Position numbers and translations under genes: made by a program | The notes under the pieces: generated by a model | The model's input: only the letters and a program-made list of their open reading frames with translations | Told to the model about the DNA's origin: nothing | The model's database searches: none | Assembly: GCA_900547975.1 (NCBI GenBank) | Contig: URIX01000002.1 | Location: 17,879 to 81,878, forward strand | Direction: 5' to 3' | Source: an uncultured Eubacteriales bacterium | Lineage (GTDB): Bacteria; Bacillota; Clostridia; Christensenellales; CAG-917 | Length of the DNA stretch: 64,000 bases | Shown here: positions 8,577 through 15,630 of the stretch, piece by piece | How positions within the stretch are numbered: the stretch's first letter is position 1 | Layout of the letters: every line of letters starts with the position of its first letter

Positions 8577-8630
8577 CTTTCGTTCCGTAGCAATATCTAT
8601 CGTTCCGTTGATAGACCTTTCGTTCCGTAG
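8577..8630. promoter_or_regulatory. three direct repeats TCGTTCCGT at an exact 20-bp period upstream of the GNAT gene
   Basis: cttTCGTTCCGTag at 8577, ctaTCGTTCCGTtg at 8597, cttTCGTTCCGTag at 8617. Confidence 0.45.
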
Positions 8631-8697
8631 TTGTTTGCTGTAAAAAACAGAACCCTGCAAAAGTGCGGTTAAACATTCCGGCAAGTCATACAAAATT

Positions 8698-8845
8698 TAA
8701 TGAAATCCTGCTTTGCAGGATGAAATCTTAGGTGTGCAACCTCAGATGAAATCAAATCCGCCTCAATTAACCCCGTGTTAGAGGGATTTCATCACAAGGT
8801 GATTTCATCCACGAAGTGGATTTATTCCGACGAAGGCGGATTTAG
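8698..8845. repeat. array of GATGAAATC / GATTTCATC 9-mers interleaved with mini-hairpins
   Basis: (A/G)ATGAAATC occurs 3 times (8699-8753), then GATTTCATC 2 times (8785-8810) plus degenerate GATTTAT and GATTTAG. AAATCCGCC (8753-8761) pairs with GGCGGATTT (8835-8843). Confidence 0.7.
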
Positions 8846-8847
8846 TT

Positions 8848-8889
8848 AAAAAAGACTGCAATTTTGTATCAAAATTGCAGTCTTTTTTT
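8848..8889. terminator. bidirectional terminator
   Basis: AAAAAAGACTGCAATTTT-gtatc-AAAATTGCAGTCTTTTTTT. Confidence 0.75.
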
Positions 8890-9072
8890 GGTGCGGATGA
8901 CAGGACTTGTAGCGAGAGAAACGAGCGTAATAGCGATTGTTGCGCAGTATGCGCCAATCGTGTCAGCTGCACAAGTGCAGGTTGCAAACATTGTTTGCCG
9001 ACAATTGAAAAATTGTCGCAAGTCCGTTGCCGTAACAAAAAAAAGACGAACGAAGTCGTCTTTTGTTGCGTG
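8889..9072 (-). repeat. stand-alone inverted copy of the element that follows tRNA-Leu
   Basis: Reverse complement matches 10414-10590 with only a few substitutions. It ends in CAAGTCCTGTCATCCGCACCA (8909-8889), a tRNA-Leu 3' end copy with one mismatch. Confidence 0.9.
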
Positions 9073-9184
9073 TGTACGGCAAAATCTCGTTTTTCGGGCG
9101 ATTTTCGAGAGTGTGTTGGACGATAAGTACTTTTTTGCGATTGTTATGAAGAGTGTGGTGGATGATAAGCATTGGTTGCTCTGA

Positions 9185-9652
9185 TTAATTTACAAATTCC
9201 AAAACGGTTTCATCTTCATTTATGCGGTACACAAACGGAGAATAGGCTTTTGCTATCTTTGTCCAAAGTTTTTTTGCTCCTACATTTTTCTCGTTGTATT
9301 TTATTTCCCATTTGCCATGATAGATTGATAAAATCAAATTAACTGCATCGATTGCATAATGATTTCTTCGGTAGGAAGGAAAAATCGTAAACTCTGCTAT
9401 CGTATAATCCGGATGATGTCCGATAGCGGAGTATGTATTCAACATAACAAAACCGACCATAATTTCATCATCGTAAATGAAAAAGGCTTTTCTCTCCGCA
9501 TCGGTAAAATACGCATCAAAATATTCGTAATGATAATTTCCTTGTTCGTCCATGTTGTCAGGATAGTACTTTGTCATCTCATACAAATATTTTTGATTTA
9601 TATTCCATAAAAGTTTGCGTTCTTCCGCTTTAACTTCTTGTAATCTGATCAT
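9185..9652 (-). CDS. GNAT family acetyltransferase
   Basis: 155 aa. FTIFPSYRRNHYAIDAV lies at the acetyl-CoA pocket position, and the overall length and pattern fit small GNAT proteins. Confidence 0.65.
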   Translation of the reverse strand: MIRLQEVKAEERKLLWNINQKYLYEMTKYYPDNMDEQGNYHYEYFDAYFTDAERKAFFIYDDEIMVGFVMLNTYSAIGHHPDYTIAEFTIFPSYRRNHYAIDAVNLILSIYHGKWEIKYNEKNVGAKKLWTKIAKAYSPFVYRINEDETVLEFVN

Positions 9653-9735
9653 CTTTATTCCATCGCGTTATTCAAATTTGTCTTTGGTATAATTTTAGCA
9701 TATTATGCGGTGCTTTTCAATCAAACGCATAGGTA

Positions 9736-9776
9736 TAAAAATATCGGTCTGTAAGAAAAGACTTACAGACCGATGC
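9736..9776 (-). terminator. terminator of the tRNA-Gly/tRNA-Lys unit
   Basis: ATCGGTCTGTAAG-tctttt-CTTACAGACCGAT followed by ATTTTT on the minus strand. Confidence 0.75.
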
Positions 9777-9779
9777 GTT

Positions 9780-9855
9780 TGGTGCATCCTCAGGGACTCG
9801 AACCCTGGACCCACTGATTAAGAGTCAGTTGCTCTACCAACTGAGCTAAGGATGC
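9780..9855 (-). tRNA. tRNA-Lys (anticodon CUU)
   Basis: Cloverleaf GCATCCT...AGGATGC-A-CCA, anticodon loop CT-CTT-AA, T-loop GGTTCGAGTCC. Confidence 0.93.
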
Positions 9856-9946
9856 ATATCTCGGCGACAATTACGCTTTATGCGGTCGTTGTCGCTCCCT
9901 AGATATTTTGAACGACCATTGCTGATCGTTCAATTCCGCTTGCGCG

Positions 9947-10104
9947 TGGAGCGGGAGACGGTGTGGTCGCTTTCGCGACAACCTTCGGTGCGAACCCTTG
10001 CGGGTCTGCGATTGCATCGCACTTCACTGTGTGAAGCCGAATCCCGTCAACCGATTGCTCGATTTTCAAAGATTCTTTTTCACTCACACTATCGTTGCTT
10101 CCGT
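9947..10104 (-). repeat. 158-bp insert downstream of tRNA-Gly(GCC), ending in a direct copy of the tRNA's last 15 nt
   Basis: TGGAGCGGGAGACGG at 9947-9961 repeats 10105-10119. Split inverted T-arm module at 10046-10001 (minus strand): CGGGATTCGG, CTTCAC/aca/GTGAAG, TGCGAT/gca/ATCGCA, GACCCG. Confidence 0.85.
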
Positions 10105-10179
10105 TGGAGCGGGAGACGGGATTCGGACCCGCGACTTTCACCTTGGCAAGGTGACACTCTACCACTGAGTCACTCCCGC
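10105..10179 (-). tRNA. tRNA-Gly (anticodon GCC)
   Basis: GCGGGAG...CTCCCGC-T-CCA, anticodon loop TT-GCC-AA. Confidence 0.93.
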
Positions 10180-10328
10180 AAGCACAAATTACTATATCAA
10201 ATCAATTTGCAAAAAGCAACAATTTTTTGCCATAAAGTTAAAAATATTTTATAAAATCAGCATATAACACTCTTAATTTTGTTTTTGCTTTACAGAAACC
10301 GAAATTATGCTATAATAATGATGTTTTT

Positions 10329-10413
10329 GCGGATGTGGTGAAATTGGCAGACACGCAAGATTTAGGTTCTTGTACTATATAGTGTGCAGGTTCAAGTCCT
10401 GTCATCCGTACCA
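10329..10413 (+). tRNA. tRNA-Leu (anticodon UAG), class II with long variable arm
   Basis: GCGGATG...CATCCGT-A-CCA, anticodon loop TT-TAG-GT, 85 nt. Confidence 0.92.
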
Positions 10414-10590
10414 ACAAAAGACGACTTCGTTCGTCTTTTTTTTGTTACGGCAACGGACTTGCGACAATTTTTCAATTGTCGGCAAACAATGTTTGCAACC
10501 TGCACTTGTGCAGCTGATGCGATTGGCACATACTGCGCAACAATCGCTATTACGCTCGTTTCTCTCGCTACAAGTCCAGTCATCCGTACC
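10414..10590 (+). repeat. 177-bp element downstream of tRNA-Leu, ending in a copy of the tRNA 3' end
   Basis: Terminator AAAAGACGACTTCGTTCGTCTTTTTTTT. Module GGACTT, CGACAATT/tttc/AATTGTCG, GCAAAC/aat/GTTTGC, AACCTG (10455-10502). CAAGTCCAGTCATCCGTACC (10571-10590) matches tRNA 10393-10412 at 19 of 20 positions. Confidence 0.88.
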
Positions 10591-10750
10591 CAAAAAGCCT
10601 CTAAGCAGTAGATGTTTAGCGGCTTTTTCATTTTTCGCTAAGAAAAACTGTTTATCTTTTGCCACAAAACAATAAAATCATTGATATTTTGAGCAAAAAA
10701 TTCCAAGAAAATAAAAAGCCAAACCGCCACCGGTGCGGATTGGTAAAGTG

Positions 10751-10924
10751 TGGTGGAGATAAGGGGATTCGTAGGAAGCGACCTGGACGCTTCCGTAATA
10801 GCGTCAGCGTCAGCCCGTAGTGGTTCGCACGGTGAAACCGTGGTGCGATTTTTGAAAAAATCGCGCAATCCACTTATTCCCCACAAAAAAAACAAGCCGA
10901 ACAGAGTTCGACTTGTGTTCTTTT
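10751..10924 (-). repeat. 174-bp insert downstream of tRNA-Ala, ending in a perfect 21-nt copy of the tRNA 3' end
   Basis: TGGTGGAGATAAGGGGATTCG at 10751-10771 equals 10925-10945. Terminator at about 10886-10920. Split inverted T-arm module at 10874-10819 (minus strand): AGTGGATT, two hairpins, CGAACCACT. Confidence 0.88.
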
Positions 10925-11000
10925 TGGTGGAGATAAGGGGATTCGAACCCCTGGCCTTCGCATTGCGAACGCGACGCTCTACCAACTGAGCCATATCCCC
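10925..11000 (-). tRNA. tRNA-Ala (anticodon CGC)
   Basis: GGGGATA...TATCTCC-A-CCA with the G3:U70 alanine identity pair, anticodon loop TT-CGC-AA. Confidence 0.92.
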
Positions 11001-11183
11001 ACATTCGCTTTTAGAAACATTCGATTTGTTCCTTGCTGTGTTATTATATCACATTATTTGATTTTGACAATTAATTTTTAACCTTTTTTTTGATATATTC
11101 TAAAAGGATTCGTGTGCTAACACATATAATACGGCTTCAAATGGATTTTGTTTGAATTTTTTTGGGAAAAATATAAAAAAGTA

Positions 11184-11240
11184 TTGACAATAGAATCCCG
11201 ATAGTGTAAATTATAACTAACGAGAATCATTATCGATAAT
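11184..11240 (+). promoter_or_regulatory. candidate promoter plus Fur/PerR-type box of the regulator-rubrerythrin operon
   Basis: TTGACA (11184-11189), 17-nt spacer, TAAATT (11207-11212). GAGAATCATTATCGATAAT (11222-11240) contains AATCATTATC, the half-site of the Fur-family 19-bp consensus. Confidence 0.45.
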
Positions 11241-11276
11241 AAATACAAATTAAATAACGATTCGAAGAAGGGTAAA

Positions 11277-11663
11277 GTGACAAAGAGAAACACGATACAA
11301 AAAGAAGTGGTTGCGAGGATTGTGAAAGAGGCTTGCAATCATCCGACGGCGGATATGGTCCTTGTCGAGGCGAAGAAAGAGTTGCCGAATCTCAGTTTAG
11401 GCACGGTGTATCGCATTCTCAAAGATATGGCAAACGAGGGCGAGATAAGGGAAGTGGCATGCAAAGACGCGCCGTCGAGATTCGATAAAACCACTATGAA
11501 CCACGGGCATTTCCGGTGCGTGAAGTGCGGAAAAGTCGAAGATGTATTCTTCAATCTTGACAAAATCGACAAGAGTATCGTGGATTTCGGCGACAATCTC
11601 GTGCTTGAAAGCCAACTGTTTTTCAGAGGAATATGCAAGGATTGCAGAGAAAAATCGGAGTAA
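11277..11663 (+). CDS. Fur family transcriptional regulator (PerR-like)
   Basis: Winged-helix LGTVYRIL, HGHFRCVKCGKV and C-terminal CKDC zinc motifs. 128 aa, GTG start. Confidence 0.8.
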   Translation: MTKRNTIQKEVVARIVKEACNHPTADMVLVEAKKELPNLSLGTVYRILKDMANEGEIREVACKDAPSRFDKTTMNHGHFRCVKCGKVEDVFFNLDKIDKSIVDFGDNLVLESQLFFRGICKDCREKSE

Positions 11664-11722
11664 AAAACGCAATATAATTGCGAAAATAATAAAAAACAAC
11701 AAGAATTTAAGGAGAAAGAACT

Positions 11723-12268
11723 ATGGCAAAATTTATATGTCCTGTATGCGGATACGTACACGAAGGCGACAGCGCACCCGAAAAATGCCCGCAATGCGGT
11801 TGCCCCGGCAGCAAATTCATCAAGGATGACGGCGCAAAAAAGGTTTGGGCGGCAGAACACGTCATTGGCGTCGGACAAGGCGTTCCACAAGACATCTACG
11901 AAGGTTTGAAAGCCAACTTCGAAGGCGAATGCACCGAAGTCGGTATGTACCTTGCAATGGCAAGAGCGGCACACCGCGAAGGCTATCCCGAAATCGGTCT
12001 TTACTGGGAAAAAGCGGCATTTGAAGAAGCCGAACACGCCGCAAAATTCTGCGAAATGCTCGGTGAACTCGTAAGCCCATCCACGAAAGTCAATCTTGAA
12101 AAGCGCGTCGAAGCGGAAAACGGCGCAACGAGCGGCAAATTTGAACTCGCCAAACGTGCCAAAGAAGAAGGACTCGACGCAATCCACGACACCGTGCATG
12201 AAATGGCTCGTGACGAGGCACGCCACGGTAGGGCATTTGAAGGTCTTCTCAACCGCTACTTCAAATAA
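11723..12268 (+). CDS. rbr: reverse rubrerythrin (N-terminal rubredoxin-like CxxC...CxxC plus ferritin-like diiron domain)
   Basis: [26 protein letters not shown], then the EGECTE...EEAEHA...ARDEARH diiron ligand motifs. Confidence 0.88.
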   Translation: MAKFICPVCGYVHEGDSAPEKCPQCGCPGSKFIKDDGAKKVWAAEHVIGVGQGVPQDIYEGLKANFEGECTEVGMYLAMARAAHREGYPEIGLYWEKAAFEEAEHAAKFCEMLGELVSPSTKVNLEKRVEAENGATSGKFELAKRAKEEGLDAIHDTVHEMARDEARHGRAFEGLLNRYFK

Positions 12269-12392
12269 GACTTCGCTAAATCGCGACTAACTTTGTCAGA
12301 GGCACTCGTCCGACAACTCATTTACGATTAGTAAATTAGGGTTGCCATCCGAGGGCCTCTTTCGCGTTATTCATCGATTTAGCAAAGTCTTA
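12266..12392. other. long two-tier hairpin beginning at the rbr stop codon
   Basis: TAAGACTTCGCTAAATCG (12266-12283) pairs with CGATTTAGCAAAGTCTTA (12375-12392), 17 of 18. AGAGGCACTCG (12298-12308) pairs with CGAGGGCCTCT (12350-12360), 10 of 11. Confidence 0.6.
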
Positions 12393-12774
12393 AAGAAAAA
12401 ATAATAATATGGCGAATAACCGTGCCATTTGTACGTTAGCATTGCGCATTAAAATTTGAAAAATAAAATAGTTTGTGCTATAAAAACACAGTATTATCCA
12501 AGTTTATATTTGATGTTTGTTATATTTTTTACTCGAGGAGCAACCGTCGAATGCCGAAAAACAAGCTTTCGGGTTCTATCTTACAAATTGAACCATCCAA
12601 AAACAAAAAAATTTAATAACCCCGTTGACAAACGGAACAGGTGCAGATTTATAATATAAATATAAAGGTTTTCGTTCAGGGACGATATTTTTTTATAAAC
12701 AAAAACAATCGTGGACTGTTTGATAACAAATCGCGTATTTTCGCGATATCGTTTCGGGAAAGGCAAGGGGCATT

Positions 12775-13563
12775 ATGTACAAAGAAAGCAAACTCGCAAA
12801 AAACAAGGCGGTCGGAATCATTCTGATGATTCTCGGAGTGTTCGGTTTTTTGATTATCATACACAGGCTTTGCTGCTACAAATTCGAATATGACGAAAAA
12901 TTCAGCCCCGTAGATTACGGGAAATTTAATATTCTGTCTTTCTTCACAATTCAATCCAACGTGTTTGTATACGTGTATCTTATTTGTGCGGGGCTTGCGT
13001 CCCTTGGCGTCGAGGGGGCAAAGAAGGTCGCGTACAATCCGCTTGTCGGCGCAATGGCAACGACGTACATTCTTGTTACAGGGCTCGTATACACCGCGGG
13101 CATTCCCATGGGCTTTACTCCGCCGTTCAAGTGGGGCGATTCCTACCACGCGATGAGCAGTTTTATTCAGGTATACTTCCATATGATTATACCGCCGATT
13201 ATGCTGATATTGTGGTTTTTCCCGTTCACGGACAGGCGCACGAATCATAAGACGGTATGGGCATTTGCGATATATCCGTTCGTGTATTCGATCTTTTCCA
13301 TAATCCGGGGCGCGGTTGGAAAAATGCACTTTTATCCTTATCCGTTTTATCGTCCCGAATTTATATGGTCGATATTCTCAAAAGGCGATATCAATTATCC
13401 GCTTGCGTATTTTTTGATGTTCATCGTGCTTATGGCGGGAATGTTGCTGTTTGTCGGCATAGGCAGACTTATGATGTTCATAAACGATACAATGATAAGC
13501 AAAACGTTTTGCCATAGCAACGAGTGCATGGTGAGCGGACAAAGCGACGCAGACGTCGGGTAA
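12775..13563 (+). CDS. Pr6Pr-family-like integral membrane protein
   Basis: Multi-TM protein with the SFFTIQSN motif I associate with the Pr6Pr / FAR-17a-AIG1 family. Confidence 0.5.
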   Translation: MYKESKLAKNKAVGIILMILGVFGFLIIIHRLCCYKFEYDEKFSPVDYGKFNILSFFTIQSNVFVYVYLICAGLASLGVEGAKKVAYNPLVGAMATTYILVTGLVYTAGIPMGFTPPFKWGDSYHAMSSFIQVYFHMIIPPIMLILWFFPFTDRRTNHKTVWAFAIYPFVYSIFSIIRGAVGKMHFYPYPFYRPEFIWSIFSKGDINYPLAYFLMFIVLMAGMLLFVGIGRLMMFINDTMISKTFCHSNECMVSGQSDADVG

Positions 13564-13634
13564 GTCTTTCGGTATTCTGTTGTTGACTTTGGGGCGAAAG
13601 GGTGATATTCTATCGTCGCAAAAAAGGAGTAGAA

Positions 13635-14600
13635 ATGAAAGCGGCAATCATCGGACTGGGCGTTATCGGAAAGGTACATTACAACATTTTGAACAAGCAA
13701 GGTGTTGAAGTCGTTGCAATCTGCGACACGGACGACGGCGTGCTTGAAAAATACGACGGCGTAAAAAAATACACCGATTATAAAACGATGCTCGACAATG
13801 AAGATATCGATGTCGTGCATATTTGCACGCCGCACTATCTGCATGCAGATATGACGATATACGCGCTTGAAAGAAACGTGAACGTGCTGTGCGAAAAACC
13901 GCTGTGCATAAGAAAAGAAGACATCGCGCGGATTATCGACGCGGAAAATAAATCCGAGGCGATGCTCGGCGTATGCCTGCAAAACAGATATAATAAATCC
14001 AGTCAATTTGTCAAAAGATATTTTCAAAACAAAAAAATCGATTTTGCCTTTGGCAACGTGTTGTGGCATCGCGACAAGGCGTATTATGCGTCGGGAGAAT
14101 GGCGGGGCAAAAAAGAAACCGAAGGCGGCGGAGTGCTTATCAATCAGGCAATACATACGCTTGATTTGATGCAATGGATTTGTGGTGAGCCAAAGAGCGT
14201 TTGCGCAAACGTGTACAATTATTCGCTTAAAGACGTCATCGAGGTGGAAGACACCGCAGTCGCGCTGTTCAAAGGTGACACGGATTTCGAGTTTTTTGCC
14301 ACCAATACCGCAAAAACCGATTTGCCGGTCGAAATTCGTTTTATTACTGGCGGAGATACTGTTACGCTTTATCCCGACAAGGTGCTTATCAACGGCGAGG
14401 TCGCAGACATCGAAAACGAAATCGCATGGAACGGTAAGCGCGCCTACGGCAACGGACACGAGAAACTTATCGGTCATTTTTATGATTGCGTCGCAAAAAA
14501 AGAAAAATTCCGGATTGACGGCAGCGAAGCGGCAAAAAGCGTGAAGGAAGTTCTGTCTGCTTATGAAAGCGACGGAAAACTCGTTGAAATATTAATTTAA
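13635..14600 (+). CDS. Gfo/Idh/MocA family oxidoreductase
   Basis: MKAAIIGLGVIGKVH Rossmann N-terminus and the EKP motif (CEKPLC). GGAG RBS before the ATG at 13635. Confidence 0.8.
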   Translation: MKAAIIGLGVIGKVHYNILNKQGVEVVAICDTDDGVLEKYDGVKKYTDYKTMLDNEDIDVVHICTPHYLHADMTIYALERNVNVLCEKPLCIRKEDIARIIDAENKSEAMLGVCLQNRYNKSSQFVKRYFQNKKIDFAFGNVLWHRDKAYYASGEWRGKKETEGGGVLINQAIHTLDLMQWICGEPKSVCANVYNYSLKDVIEVEDTAVALFKGDTDFEFFATNTAKTDLPVEIRFITGGDTVTLYPDKVLINGEVADIENEIAWNGKRAYGNGHEKLIGHFYDCVAKKEKFRIDGSEAAKSVKEVLSAYESDGKLVEILI

Positions 14601-14621
14601 TCGTAATAAAACCGAAACCGT

Positions 14622-14649
14622 AAAAACAGCCCGAGCGGGCTGTTTTTTT
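14622..14649. terminator. bidirectional terminator
   Basis: AAAAACAGCCC-gagc-GGGCTGTTTTTTT between convergent genes. Confidence 0.8.
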
Positions 14650-14663
14650 GTAAAATTTGGCAA

Positions 14664-15521
14664 TTAAGTTTGTAAATTTATCGAGATGTAAAACTGTTTG
14701 GGCGTTATGCCGAACTCGTTTTTGAATGCGCGGAAAAAGTGGGTATAATCCGAGAAACCGCACTTTGCAAACACTTCGGTTATAGGGAAGCCTTCTTCGA
14801 TAAACTGTTTTGACAAGACCAGCCGTTTTTTTAGGATATATCGGTGAGGGGAAGTGTTGGTGTATTCCTTGAAAATGTGCGCGAAGTAGTATTTGTCTAC
14901 AAACAACGCAGACGCGATTGCATCAAGGGAAAGATCTTGCGATATATGTTCGGAAATATAATCGATTGCTTTCGTCACGCAGGGATTTGCTTTTCCTAAT
15001 ATAGTGAAGTCGTCGCGGCTTTGCAAAAAATATTGTCCCAGCAACACAAGCAACGCTTTTATTCGATCCTCATTTTCGATATCTGCGCCGAAGTCGCCGG
15101 TTTGCGAAACGGAAAAGCCGTCCAGAATATGGCGTATTTTGTCCGAAACCGAGCTGTTGCGGATAAGAAAAGCATTGTGTTCGTGCGCCTGCAAAAAACA
15201 GGTGTTCAGGTCGGTTTTCGCGGTTGAGATGCGCTTCAAATATCGTTGATTGAGCCACACGACAAAGCGTTCGTACGTCATGGCAGAGTCTTTGATGTCA
15301 AGTTGATGAAGTTTGTTGGGCGGTATCAAAAGCACGTCGCCGGGGTGCAGGGAATACTTGCAATCTTCCACGATGTACGACGCAGAACCCTGCAAAAAGA
15401 AATAGATCTCCGAAAAATCGTGAGAATGCAATTCCACCGTCTTGAAATCCTTGTCTTTTTTGTGATGCACCTCGAAAGTCGAATTGCTCATTTGTTGATT
15501 TTCGTATTTTGTTCCGTTCAT
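14664..15521 (-). CDS. AraC family transcriptional regulator (cupin sensor plus HTH)
   Basis: N-terminal cupin (HSHDFSEIYFFLQG) and C-terminal AraC HTH (FSDYTHFFRAFKNEFGITP). Divergent from the uronate operon. Confidence 0.85.
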   Translation of the reverse strand: MNGTKYENQQMSNSTFEVHHKKDKDFKTVELHSHDFSEIYFFLQGSASYIVEDCKYSLHPGDVLLIPPNKLHQLDIKDSAMTYERFVVWLNQRYLKRISTAKTDLNTCFLQAHEHNAFLIRNSSVSDKIRHILDGFSVSQTGDFGADIENEDRIKALLVLLGQYFLQSRDDFTILGKANPCVTKAIDYISEHISQDLSLDAIASALFVDKYYFAHIFKEYTNTSPHRYILKKRLVLSKQFIEEGFPITEVFAKCGFSDYTHFFRAFKNEFGITPKQFYISINLQT

Positions 15522-15630
15522 ATCTTAACAATACTTCAAAATCGCAAGATATACAAGTAAAAAAGCAAAAAATAAAATTTACTATGCAAAAGTTGTGTGA
15601 TAAAATTATAATCAATAAGGAGTGTGAAAG

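Noticed and set aside
8805-9038. Paired ORFs 8805..9038 (minus) and 10370..10675 (plus) sharing LRQRTCDNFSIVGKQCLQPALVQL
   Set aside because: They arise because both cover copies of the tRNA-Leu-associated repeat. They begin inside tRNA or terminator sequence, have no RBS, and the repeat is better explained by RNA or DNA structure.
9860-10104. Additional RNA gene (SRP RNA, RNase P RNA, tRNA-Sec or 6S) between tRNA-Gly and tRNA-Lys
   Set aside because: The region is highly structured but lacks diagnostic motifs: no SRP GGAA/AGCA helix-8 pattern, no RNase P GAGGAAAGTCC, no Sec-type TCA anticodon loop, and no acceptor 5' strand complementary to the pseudo 3' end. It is better described as the tRNA-associated insert.
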